Below the pieces are notes generated by a model. It did not search any database and was not told the DNA's origin. It saw only the letters and a list, made by a program, of their open reading frames with translations. Positions 12,180 through 23,659 of a DNA stretch of 64,000 bases are shown here, piece after piece (the stretch's first letter is position 1; every line of letters begins with the position of its first letter). The position numbers and the translations under genes are program-made. The DNA comes from Eledone cirrhosa (Eukaryota). The stretch spans positions 868,001-932,000 of the forward strand of contig OZ024757.1 in NCBI GenBank assembly GCA_964016885.1. The letters run 5' to 3'.

Positions 12180-12407
12180 ATATATATATAAACAACTATC
12201 TGGTTGTTGAACCAACCAACCAACCAGAAATTTATAAATTTGTAAATTTATAAATATATATTAAATTAAATTGAAGTGAAAGCAACTGGTGCGTGTGTTT
12301 CTTATTGGCAACATGACCCTCCCAAAGTATAACAATACTTAAAAATAATTTTTAATAATTAAAATATACACAGACGTATATAATGTGAAACGAAACTGGA
12401 AGGCCCA

Positions 12408-12915
12408 CATATATGTGTGGTTATGTATATATGTAAATGTGTGTGTATACATATATATATGTATGTGTGTGTATGTATATATGTAAATGTGTGTGTATAC
12501 ATATATATATATGTGTGTGTGTATGTATATATGTATGTGTGTGTGTATACATATATATATGTATGTGTGTGTATGTATATATGTAAATGTGTGTGTATGT
12601 ATATATTTAAATGTGTGTATACATATATATATATATATATATATGTGTGTATATATGTAAATGTGTGTGTATACATATATATATATATATGTGTGTATGT
12701 ATATATGTAAATGTGTGTGTATACATATATATATGTATGTGTGTGTATGTATATATGTAAATGTGTGTGTATACATATATATATCTATGTGTGTGTATGT
12801 ATATATATAAATGTGTGTCTGTGTGTACATATATATATATTTATATATATATACGTGTGTGTGTCTGTGATTTATATACACTGGTCATAGACACACACGC
12901 ATATATATATATACA
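12408..12915. repeat. Compound TA/TG microsatellite with recurring ATGTAAATGTGTGTGTATACATATAT unit
   Basis: Direct reading. Confidence 0.93.
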
Positions 12916-12929
12916 CAGCAACATCAGCT

Positions 12930-13096
12930 CTCTGTAAATGTTGTTAGGAAGGACATACAGCCATAGAAACCAAGAGAAAAATCGTTCTTGTATAAGCAAG
13001 ATACGGTCATCTGATCTAACTTTTCACACAACGGGGCAACTCGTCTGGCCCATGCTAGCATGGAAAATGAAGGTTTAAGGATGATGATAATGATGA
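12930..13096 (+). mobile_element. RTE/SINE 3' tail fragment
   Basis: TGTTAGGAAGGACATACAGCCATAGAAACC...CATGCTAGCATGGAAAA...(GAT)n; similar to 24520-24630 and to the 29910-30065 reverse complement. Confidence 0.7.
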
Positions 13097-13161
13097 TATA
13101 TACTATACATGGTTATTTATGTGTGTGTGTCTATATACATACATATATACATATATACATA

Positions 13162-13454
13162 CAAGGGACTTGTTTCAGGGAGTACCAGGGGACAAGCCCC
13201 CCCCCCCCCCCCACACACACACACTCTTGTTCAGGAACAGGAGACAAACCATCTTTTGATTTTTGTTTATTTGATGTAATACATTCTTTTAAAGCTAATT
13301 TTTTTATATCTGAACTTCATTTGAATATATAAAATTTAATTAGTGTAAAATTTTGCTCATGTGAAAGGCACCGTAAGCAATACTAACATGCTCATTTAAG
13401 AATCAACAAATGTTCGTTTGTCCCTCTCACATTTTTAAGGGAAACGAGGCCCCT
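13162..13454. mobile_element. Possible MITE with imperfect terminal inverted repeats (hAT-like CAGGG ends)
   Basis: CAAGGGACTTGTTTC at start vs GAAACGAGGCCCCTG at end; no ORF; no clear TSD. Confidence 0.35.
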
Positions 13455-13479
13455 GCATATAAAACGAGAAAGAAAATTA

Positions 13480-13757
13480 TACTTTGACGGTCTTCAAGTT
13501 TATTCCGCAGTCTATACAAAAGATTGACTGTTGCTGATTATATAACCAAACTTAAGAGAGTTTAAACATAAAACAAAGTTGTAATAGATAATATAGCTAC
13601 TATTTCTAGCGGTAGAGAGTTTACGTAGAGGTTTTCTTATAGATATATAATTGATATTTTACTGAGTGATACTTTTTGATTTACCATCAATTAAATACGC
13701 CTGGAACTGTGTTTGAATGTATTAAATTATATCAGGGACTTTTAACGTATGATACCG
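13480..13757 (+). promoter_or_regulatory. Inferred promoter / non-coding exon 1 of ZNF gene A; donor ACCG|GTGAG at 13758
   Basis: Collinear similarity with 26810-27006, where the aligned position is also a donor (ACCT|GTAAG). Confidence 0.55.
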
Positions 13758-13884
13758 GTGAGACATTGTCAACGACACCGGGTACCTGCTGTCTTCATTG
13801 TGTAACAATTATATATATATATAATAAATATTGAAATACCCTTAAAGAATGCAACCATTACTGTTGGAAAAAATATAAAATTGT

Positions 13885-13925
<41 letters not shown>

Positions 13926-14959
13926 ATTTTCTTTCCCTGACATCAGTCTTACACTGTCATATCTATTCTTACTTTACAATTGTGTCTACTAAGAGTTCCA
14001 TTATAATCTGTAGTAGAAAAACGACTATTTCACCAGAACATCTGATATCAGTCATTTATGGACAATATATATTTTAGACCACATATCAACCTAATATATA
14101 CATATTTCCTATCAAATCTCTGGCTAAAGACATAAATATTTTGAAGGTAATTCAAGTATTTTTATCATGTTTTAATTTAGAAATATTTTTGACTAACTTT
14201 TCTATATTTTGTTATAAACCGTCTAAAAATTGTTATTCATACCAGGCCAGAAAATATAAATTAAATTTGCAACTGAGATTATATACATATTATACCTCCC
14301 CATCTAATATACACACTCGTAATATATTATGTCTACGACCTCTTTACACGATCAATTAATCAATTAACACTTTGCTTTCTCATCGTTTTTCCTTAAAAAC
14401 AAACAACTTCATCCACAATCTTTAGTTAATTTCAAATTTCCTTCCTCAATTCCAATCTCTTCCCTTCAATGTTTTAATATCTCAGTCATATTATTGCACC
14501 TCTATAGAATTTACTATTTTAAATATTTACACACAACATCTCAACATCCCACACTCATTTCCCCGTATTGCTACACCTCATAATTCTGGGTTTTTTTTGT
14601 TTTTATTTGCTAGTTCTCCTTGTTTTCTTTCTTCTTTTCTCAATCTCCTTTTCCCCGATATTTTAATATCACCTCCCTATCTTTGCTATGCTTTTACAAT
14701 TACACTCACAGCCTTTGAATTTTTACTTCTAATATTTTTTCCATCTCTTTATATGTTCATTGCTCTTTCTCTTCCACAGTATTTACCAGCCTTTTACACG
14801 TGTGTGTGTGTCTCTCCTTTGTTTTGTCCTACATCTTGTTTTTGTGTGTTGTGTGCTTAGTTTGTGCATGTGTTACATCCAGGTGTGTGTGTGTGTTTAT
14901 TTGTCACTAGTTGGTTGGTTGTTCTATCTGTGTGTGTCTGATTTGTTTTGTTAGTTTGG

Positions 14960-15520
14960 TTTTTGTGTGTCTGTATATCTTCATATTTGTTGCCTCTGTG
15001 ATTTGCCTGAGCATTGCATCTTTTCTGTGTGTGGATATAATTTTTATCTCTATATTCTCTAATGTGCCCCTATATTCTATTTTGGCATGTTGGTGGAGTG
15101 CTGATGAGTTTTTCCCATCCTGGAGTTCTCGCCAGTGTTCACTTACCATTTCTCCTATGCTACGGGCTGTTTCACCTATGTATGTTATATTCTTATTCCT
15201 ACACTGTCCCTGAGTACATCTCGTGCTATATACTACGTTCCTAGTTTTGCAATTAATTTGCGGGCTTAGCTTGCAGACTATGCATTTCCTATCAGCACAG
15301 GGGGATCTTTAAAATGAGTATGTTTTGCTAATTAGGGTTTTTATGGGAATACCTGGTCTTTCAGCTACCTTAATATTTAATTTGAGCTTGTCTAGGGCCC
15401 TTCTAAATCTATAAGCTAGTTCCCCTCTATGGGTTGTATTGACAAACATTACACTCTCGTATTTATTGCTATCATACCATGAGTTTATTTTATTTGCCTT
15501 ATTCCTAGTCCTTTCTACAT
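14960..15520 (-). mobile_element. Degraded PLE fragment (linker + GIY-YIG), distinct from the 7175 element
   Basis: Minus translations ESVMFVNTTHRGELAYRFR..., C..C..C linker, NCKTRNVVY..C...YIGETARS...EH...SSALHQH...RQITEA; interrupted by a stop/frameshift. Confidence 0.75.
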
Positions 15521-15759
15521 AAATATTTTCAAGGTATTTCCACAATTTTTACCATTATTACGTTTTTTTCATTAATTTATTATATTTTATTTTAAAAGTA
15601 TTTCTGACTAACTTTCCTGTTTTTTTTTGTGTTATATACCCTCTAAAAATTGTTATTTATACCAGGCCAGGAAATATATTATTAAATTTACATATGAGAT
15701 TATATACACATGTCAAAAATATATATACATTAAATATTTTTTCCATACATAAGACCTTC

Positions 15760-16325
15760 CACTCTTCAAAGACCAGCTCTCTACTGAGGAGGACTTTGCC
15801 ACAGTCTTCCAGGGTTTATCCAAATCGAAGCTCATCAACCGGATCTCTAAGGGAGCTTGGAATAGCTTTGCACTTCTCACCTCACTTCGAAATCGAGCTC
15901 AGTGCAACAGGCAACTGATAAACCTCAAGTGTGCCAAATTCAGCGAATTTGACATGAAAGGAGCTGTCCGTCTCTTCTCTTCTCTGTCCTCCCTTACTCC
16001 GTGTAACTCTGATTCTCTTGATAGACTGAAAGAGAAGCACCCATCGGTACCCCCAGATGATCAGTTACACTGGCCTGAACCACCAGAATACTCAAGACTG
16101 GTCTACACTACTGATAACATCAGAAAGGTGATTACATCCTTCCCCACTAGTTCAGGCTCAGGATTGACGGCCTTCGACCTCAGCACCTCAAGGATGGTAT
16201 CTCCTTATCGGCTTGTGACGCCAGACACGAGCTCTTGGAGAGTCTGACTCAGTTTGTGAATCAGTTCTCTTCAGTGAACGTTCTCCCCTACATCTCCCCT
16301 CTGTTCTTCAGTGCCAAATTATTCG
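15760..16325 (+). mobile_element. CRE-clade-like non-LTR retrotransposon fragment (region upstream of the RT core)
   Basis: GAVRLFSS...LKEKHP...ITSFPTSSGSG, then frameshifted DGLRPQHLKD...LTQFVN...PLFFSAKL, motifs I recognise from CRE-type RTs. Confidence 0.6.
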
Positions 16326-16359
16326 TATGTATGTTAAACTGTTTGTATACACGCATTAT

Positions 16360-16975
16360 ACAAGCTGCTCCTTGTTTTCAGGGAAAAGCCTTTAGTAGAC
16401 AGCAGTGGTAGTGGCTCCCTGAACCTTTTCTATTCCATGTTCACTCAGGCTACTGTACTGACTGAACACCTACCTCCGCTGCTGATTTGGTCACCAAGGT
16501 AGCAGAAGCTGTCTACATCTTCTACGGAACCCCCCAAGAATTTGATAGAGCTTCTTTCCTGTGGCCGTTTGTTGCCTACTGCCCCTGTGCAATGACCACA
16601 TGTAAAATATACGTCCTTAGATCCCACTACATCTCTCGTGTACGCATCATTTGCATTTTGGATAGAGGATGGAATTTCTACCTACACAATTCTTGCACAC
16701 TGAGCAAGGCCATTTCTCTGAGAGGATCAGGGCTCTGTTTTCCCTTCTAATTCTGCCATAGATTCAGCTATAATTGTTAGATCATCTGCACACAGGAGTT
16801 CCCATGGGAAGCCAGTCTTAAATTCCTCTGTTATAGCATGCAGGATGATAATAAACAAAAGAGGGTTAAGAACAGAGCCCTGGTAGACACCAACCTGCAC
16901 TCCAAATTCTTCACTATAGTCAATGTCAATCCTAACTTTGCTGATTTCTCCCCTATACATGGCTTTGATCATGTA
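16360..16975 (-). mobile_element. RTE LINE RT fragment
   Basis: VGVYQGSVLNPLLFII, WELLCADDL, VDSFCYLGDQISSGG. Confidence 0.85.
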
Positions 16976-18061
16976 TTTGAAACATGTACCAGACAGTGTT
17001 TCAGGTAGCTCTTTATAGTATTATAGTATAGAACCTTATTATGTACAGTCACCAATGAAACCACATATCAGCGGATGTCCCTTCATCAAAGCAGCTCCCT
17101 AAAAACATATACTCAAACCCTTCTTGGCTGGCTCACCCAGACATAGTCCTAAAGAAACGTAACCCTGGTGGAGTCGAAGGGGTACTCTAGAGACATAGTG
17201 TTTCTTGGGTATTTGTTACAACCTCATGGAGCCTATCTCCTCTTGAGGTCTGAACACAATTGATATCAGAATAAAACTTGAAATGAAATCAGATATTGTA
17301 TGGCTTCATACAGACTTGTAACTCCTGGTCTAAACACAGCTGATTTCTCCCAGAGAAGGAGAGAGAGTGATAGAGAAATGAGAAAGAGATATAGAGAAGA
17401 ATTGACTCCCGCTAATCAAAAGGTGGAGGTTAAAATGGTGTTGACATGTCATCAGGAGAGGAGATGATAGCTATGTTAGAAAGTTGTATTAGAATAGATT
17501 TTCTGGGAAAATGCCACAGAGGAGACCTCCCAAGAGGTAGAATGATAAACTTCATAGAACATGCTGGAATACCACAACTCACATTGGAGAGAATTGTTCT
17601 GGACAGGAAAGTTATCTACAGTTTACCAATATAGAAATATAAAATTTCCACTGTTAAATCTATTTCTGCTCTTTAAGTATTCTCTATTATCTCATACAGT
17701 TTCTTTCTTATTTCAGAATAGCAGATGACATTGGGATAAATTATTATTTTTAATCTTGGATTCATCACCTATATTTAGCTTTTTATACAGAACTGATATA
17801 ACACTTTATATAAATCTATGGTTGAATTACTGTGAAATATTTCCCCAGAACTGAGTTTTTTGGCAAAATTTCCTTTCTTCACTATAAGATATATTCTGTA
17901 TTTTTACTAAATTTGGATGAAAAAGAAGTTTGCATTATCTTCAAATATTGACTGAGATCACAGTTGAGGGAAATATAGTCGAAAAAATATTTTCAGGAAT
18001 ATAATATAAAAAATATTAGAAGAATAACCTCTGTATATTCTATCAAGAAGAAAAAATCATT

Positions 18062-19252
18062 ATGGAAAATAGTGTGAATGAGAAGATAATATCTGAAACA
18101 CTGTCTAAAAGGATAAATATTCCAGATGAGATGCTGAAGTATAGAGGAGAGAAGCCATATCACTGTGATATCTGTAAAAAGTCATTCTCTTGTAAGGGCA
18201 GCTTAACTATGCACAAATGTATACATACAGGTGAGAAGCCATATCACTGTGATATCTGTGGTAAATCATTCTCTCAAAAAGGAAACTTAACTACTCACAA
18301 ACGTATACATACAGGAGACATGCCATATCGCTGTGATGTCTGTGGTAAATCATTCTCTGAATCATGTTCATTAACTACACACAAACGTGTACATACAGGA
18401 GACAAGCCATATCACTGTGATATCTGCGGTAAATCATTCTCTGCAAGTTGTAACTTAACTACTCACAAACGTATACATACAGGAGAGAAGCCATATCACT
18501 GTGATATCTGTGGTAAATCATTCTCTCAAAAAGGAAACTTAACTACTCACAAACGTATACATACAGGAGACAAGCCATATTTCTGTGATGTCTGTGGTAA
18601 ATCATTCTCTGAATCATGTTCATTAACTACACACAAACGTGTACATACAGGAGAGAGGCCATATGACTGTGATATCTGTGGTAAATCATTCTCTCAACAT
18701 GATAGCTTAACTAAACACAAACGAATTCATACAGGAGAGAAGCCATATCACTGTGATATCTGTGGTAAATCATTCTCTCAAAAAGGAATCTTAATTAGAC
18801 ACAAAAGTATACATACAGGAGAGAAGCCATATCACTGTGACATCTGTGGTAAATCATTCTATCAACATGATAGCTTAACTGAACACAAACGTACACATAC
18901 AGGAGACAAGCCATATCACTGTGAGATCTGTGGTAAATCATACTCTCAAAAAGGAACCTTAACTAGACACAAATCTATACATACAGGAGAGAAGCCATAT
19001 GACTGTGATATCTGTGGTAAATCATTCTCTCTAAAAGGAAACTTAACATCTCATATATCTACACATACAGGAGACAAGCCATATCACTGTGATATCTGTA
19101 GTAAATCATTCGCTCAAAGTATTCACTTAACTACTCACAAACGTACACATACAGGAGACAAGCCATATCACTGTGAGATCTGTAGTAAATCATTCTCTCA
19201 AAGTTGTCAGTTAACTAGACACATACGTATACATACAAGAGAGAAATCATAA
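18062..19252 (+). CDS. C2H2 zinc-finger protein A: 13 tandem fingers, 32-aa leader, no KRAB/BTB domain evident
   Basis: 396 aa = 32 + 13x28; CxxC...HxxxH with TGEKP/TGDKP linkers; upstream acceptor TTTCTTATTTCAG| at 17716 shared with the paralog. Confidence 0.95.
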   Translation: MENSVNEKIISETLSKRINIPDEMLKYRGEKPYHCDICKKSFSCKGSLTMHKCIHTGEKPYHCDICGKSFSQKGNLTTHKRIHTGDMPYRCDVCGKSFSESCSLTTHKRVHTGDKPYHCDICGKSFSASCNLTTHKRIHTGEKPYHCDICGKSFSQKGNLTTHKRIHTGDKPYFCDVCGKSFSESCSLTTHKRVHTGERPYDCDICGKSFSQHDSLTKHKRIHTGEKPYHCDICGKSFSQKGILIRHKSIHTGEKPYHCDICGKSFYQHDSLTEHKRTHTGDKPYHCEICGKSYSQKGTLTRHKSIHTGEKPYDCDICGKSFSLKGNLTSHISTHTGDKPYHCDICSKSFAQSIHLTTHKRTHTGDKPYHCEICSKSFSQSCQLTRHIRIHTREKS

Positions 19253-19740
19253 CACAGTGATATCAGTGATAGATCATTCTCTCAAAATTGTGAATTATTG
19301 AGCCACAAATACATACCAGTGTGATATCTGTGGGAAATCATTCTCTTTCAATGCTGCATTAATTACACTCAAACATATATACAAGTGGGAAGCTATATCA
19401 CTTTGATATGTTTGGGAATATTTCTTTGAATGGAGCAAGTTAACTAAATATATACATATACATTGATGAGGGAAACCATATCACTGTGATGTTGGTAGTA
19501 AATCATTCTCTGAATGTTGTGGCTTTACTAGATGTTAACATATACAGGAGAGGAACCATATCAATGTGATATTCAGTGAATGATTCTCTAAATGCTGTAG
19601 CTTTACCTGACACTAACCTATACAGGAGAGGGACCATATCTGTGATAAATCATTCTCTAAATGTTGTGGCTTCACTAGACACTAACCTATACAGGAGAGA
19701 GACCATATCACTGTGATGTTTGTGGTAAATAATTCTGTTG
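19253..19740 (+). pseudogene. Decayed zinc-finger repeats in the 3' UTR of gene A
   Basis: Recurring CCATATCACTGTGAT...AAATCATTCTCT with stops and indels. Confidence 0.85.
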
Positions 19741-19783
19741 TAAATGTTACTTAATAAAACACAATCACAATCTGACAAGATAA

Positions 19784-20973
19784 GCCTTCAATTCTGTGCC
19801 ACACAAAAGGCTTATGGCAAAACTCTCTGCAATGGGTGTGAAGGATGATCTTTTTAACTGGTTGAAGTCCTTCATTCTCAGTCGAAGAGAGGTAGTCACG
19901 TTTCTGGGACAGCATTCCTCACCATATGAGATGTCATCTGGTGTACCACAGGGATCTATTCCTGGCCCCCTTTTGTTTGTGGCATATATTAATGACATAG
20001 ATGCCAACTTAAAGAATGCCACAGTACTAAAGTACGCAGACGACATCAAGCTGTACCTTGAGATAAAAAGGACAGATCCTGAACACTATAGATCTTGCTT
20101 GCAGTCTGACCTGGACACAATGCAACAATGGATCTCAGACTGGCAACTCAAGCTAGCTGTGGACAAGTGCACCACCATGCATTTTGGGAGTAAAAACCCA
20201 GCATCCACATACTCCCTCCACAGCACTAATATCAAGAAGTCTTCTTGTGAATGTGACCTGGGCATTACGGTCAGCAGCGATTTGCGTTGGACGAAGCACG
20301 TCTCTAAAATTGTCAAGAGGGCTGAGGGTGTCTTAGCATCACTCAGCAAGACCTTTGTCAGCATCTCTCCAGCTATCTATTTAAGACTGTACATGGCTAT
20401 GGTGCGACCACACTTAGAATTTACATCACCAGTCTGGAACCCCTATCTTGCTCAGAACATCGACCGCCTGGAAACTGTTTAGAGACGTGCAACCAAGCGA
20501 ATACCCTCCATCAGGCATCTATCATACTCTGAGCGCCTTGCATCCCTGGACATGGATACATTGAAGCTCCGACGCCTGGCAACTGACTTGGTAAACACCC
20601 ACAAAATTGTTAACCATGTTGCCAACAACAACCCTGAGTACCTTTTTGATTTTCATGTGTCTAACACACGTGGACATCCCCACAAAGTAAGAAAACAGCA
20701 CAGTTCCCATGACTTTCGGAAACATTTTTTCACGCTCAGAGTTGCTGAAGCATGGAACAAACTACCTGCATCAGTTGTTAGCTGTCGAGACACTGCATCC
20801 TTTAAGGCCTCCATGCTTCCCGAGATCCGCCAACACTACAGCTAACACATACACACATGTACTTCCCTGACATTTGTGTATTATTCTATGTACTATACAT
20901 ACACCTTTGACGAGTTGTAGTGCACCTGAGCACTTTACACAATAATTTCATTATTATTATTATTTTATTATTT
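19784..20973 (+). mobile_element. 5'-truncated CR1-clade LINE with (ATT)n tail and 7-bp TSD AAGATAA
   Basis: AFNSVPHKRL, GVPQGSIPGPLLF, KYADD, VRPHLEF..PVWNP, TRGH...RVAEAWNKLP; one internal stop (20482); TSD 19777-19783 / 20974-20980. Confidence 0.9.
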
Positions 20974-21028
20974 AAGATAAAAACTAACATTTACCCACAA
21001 TAGTGTCACCAATGTTGTAAATGTTTTC

Positions 21029-21034
21029 AATAAA
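21029..21034 (+). terminator. Candidate polyadenylation signal of gene A (paralogous to 39705-39710)
   Basis: AATAAAACTGGTTTACT conserved in both paralogs. Confidence 0.5.
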
Positions 21035-21183
21035 ACTGGTTTACTAAGAAATTATTCTCCTTTTATTTTATTTGTAGCAGTTGTAACTAAGACTTTTGCT
21101 GACAAAACTGTATGGTACAGAATTTACAAACAATATCTAAGTATGTGCATATCTGTATGTGCATAAATATGTGATTATGTGTA

Positions 21184-21785
21184 CATCATCATCATCGTTT
21201 TTACGTCCATTTTTCCTGCTTGCATGTGTTGGATGGGTCCTTCTCAACATGGTTTCTCTCCACTCATCACCTTCTTTCATCATCTCCTCTGTGAGTCTCA
21301 GAGATTTGAGGTCAGTTCTCACCATGGTTGCCTATGTCCTTCTTAGTCTACCTCTACTGCAGCTTCCTTCTCCTAGGATTTCCTAGCACTTCTCCACACA
21401 GCAAACATTATCCATGTCCGTCACATGTCCATACTAAAGCAGTTTTCTCTCCTGCACACCTCTTAAGATCCCTCTTAAACCCAGCATCCCCCTCAACATG
21501 TCCTTTCTCTCTCACTTCCAAGACACATCCAATGAAGCATGGTTGCTTCATTTCTCTCCAGTCCACAGCCCATGTTTCACTACCATGCAGCATCACACTT
21601 TCCACACAGGCGTCATACAGTCGTATTATTGTACAGAGAGAGAAACGTTTTGTGGTCAACAGTGGGAGTAGCTCTCTAAACATTTTCCATCTTATCCTTA
21701 TTCTAGCTATTATTCTCGCAGGGCAACCTCCTGCTCTGCTATTTAAGTCACCTAGATTGCAGAAGCTATCAACCACTTCTACGTG
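21184..21785 (-). mobile_element. RTE LINE 3' fragment
   Basis: VDSFCNLGD...RIRIRWKMFRELLPLL...MLHGSETW; (GAT)n tail. Confidence 0.85.
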
Positions 21786-22057
21786 GGTATAATGATAACT
21801 ATATATTTATGTGTTCATGTGTATATATCTGTAGATTTACAGTGTTTGTTCCAGCACTCAACTCTGAGTTTAAATCCTACTATGGTCAATTTTATTTCTA
21901 TTATTTGAAGGCTTTATATAACATACCAGGAATAGGTTTTCTACAGAGAAATTAAAGCATGCAAGATTGCACAGCTCTAGCATCACTATCACTTCTTCAT
22001 AGTTAGCCTGTAAACTTTTCAGCCTACCTCCGTGTGTGTGTGTGTATATATATATAT

Positions 22058-22220
22058 TTATCATCATCATTTTACGTCCGCTTTTCCCAGCTTGCAAGGG
22101 TGGGACGGGTCCTATTCAGCACAGCATCTCTCCACTTGTCACGCTCCTTCGTCATCTCCACCATGAGCTTCAGCAATCTGAGGTCTGCTCTCACCACCTC
22201 CGCCCATGTTTTTCGTGGTC
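22058..22220 (-). mobile_element. RTE 3'-end fragment
   Basis: RPRKTWAEVVRADLRLLKL on minus; GGACGTAAAATGATGATGAT tail. Confidence 0.75.
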
Positions 22221-22644
22221 TATATATATATATCTATCTCTATATATATATATATAGTGTTATTTCTATTTATCATTTACACACACACACACACATATAT
22301 ATATGTATATATTTAAATGTATAAGAAAAACAAATGACTAGGCATGAAGTATAGGTTAGAAGAGAAGAATTTAATCAAAGTCCATTCTTTAACCCATGTT
22401 TCAATACAATATCCGTCTTCAACTGCTGGTTACATATTATTATTATGCACATTCACTAGCAATACATAAAATACTACATTTCATCAGAAAGATTTCAAAG
22501 TTCGAGGTGAGGTCGCTGCATCTTACAATATACAAAGACCATGTCGAGAAAAATACTTTGGTAAGCAATCTTACTTGTTTTTGTTTGTACACTGATCCAC
22601 ACATCAAATTTTATCCGTACATATCTTTATATATATATATATAT

Positions 22645-22836
22645 AATGAAGGAAGTGTGGTAAGGAACCAGGTGGACCATAACACACCAGAGTACTCGAT
22701 ACTTAGGGTAGTAGAGTGGGTAACAGGAAAAGAGTCAAGACCCCGACGGCTGAGTTCTGGCCGTTTTGACAGCTGGATCTGAACTAGCTGTCAAAACGGC
22801 CAGAACTCAGCCGTCGGGGTCCTGACTCTTTTCCCA
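22645..22836. repeat. Short element between (TA)n tracts containing a ~49-bp-arm GC-rich hairpin (22726-22834)
   Basis: GGAAAAGAGTCAAGACCCCGACGGCTGAGTTCTGGCCGTTTTGACAGCT ... reverse complement with one mismatch; ~11-nt loop. Confidence 0.85.
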
Positions 22837-22952
22837 TATATATATATAATATGTGTGTGTGTGTGTATGTGTGAATTTACTACATCTAAGATATACAGCG
22901 TTTTATAAATAAACATTTTGAAAGCCTCAGTTATAAATAGAAGACTGACAGC

Positions 22953-22968
22953 CAGCGCCATCTAGTGG
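22953..22968 (-). promoter_or_regulatory. CTCF consensus site CCACTAGATGGCGCTG
   Basis: Plus strand CAGCGCCATCTAGTGG matches the bilaterian CTCF core CCACYAGRKGGCRC. Confidence 0.6.
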
Positions 22969-23659
22969 AATTCAGCAAAGGCAAGGAGTATATTTGTCTC
23001 TGCATTTCAAACTAAAATGGTTCTCGTCATCACAGTGCTTACCTCTGCCTACAGCTGGACTTTGAGACAGGTGAAAATATATAGTTTTTTCACCTGTGTA
23101 AATGACTAATTAACCTCATTTACAATCAACAGAGTAGCTGACACTAAAGCAACAAACACAAGCTTCAGTATTGAACGTCTCTCTCTCTCCTACATGAAAG
23201 GTGGTACTACTAAAACCAGTAAACAACACCTGTTCAATCAACATTAACCAACAACACACACCTGCTTTAATATCAACATCTGCTCTCTCCTCTATTGGCT
23301 GCAGCACATTTTGTCATACATACTTTATATCTCTTCTGTGTGTATGTCATATCTACTTAATATTTAGCCCTTGAACAAAAACACCTCCATACAGTTTGAG
23401 GGTATTGTGTTTGTATTTTAACACACTCTAAGGTAGGTAACTCTAAGTCATGTTTGGAGTTGGTGGTGGCACTGTTGACATCTTACTGTTACTATGACTA
23501 CCAATGTTATTTTATAATTTGGGTTGGGCGCTTTTTGTCATGACCACTTTACTGTGTTTATATATATATATAACATGTATATCAAAATATGTCTTCACTT
23601 ATAAATATATAAAGTATATAGCAAGAGTGAGAGAAATTCAATCCTATTTCCCGAATGCA

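Larger units (their letters stand above)
11835..12337. repeat. Long inverted repeat, 241-bp arms (11835-12075 / 12097-12337), 21-bp spacer
   Basis: Arms are reverse complements; one mismatch seen (TTCCACAACC vs GGTTGTTGAA). Confidence 0.95.

Noticed and set aside
17180-17640. Possible LINE 3' remnant / 62-aa ORF at 17446
   Set aside because: No convincing motif in any frame.
22440-22490. Minus-strand CTGATGA...GAAT motif
   Set aside because: GAAA box mutated, stem II relies on wobble pairs, no stem I.
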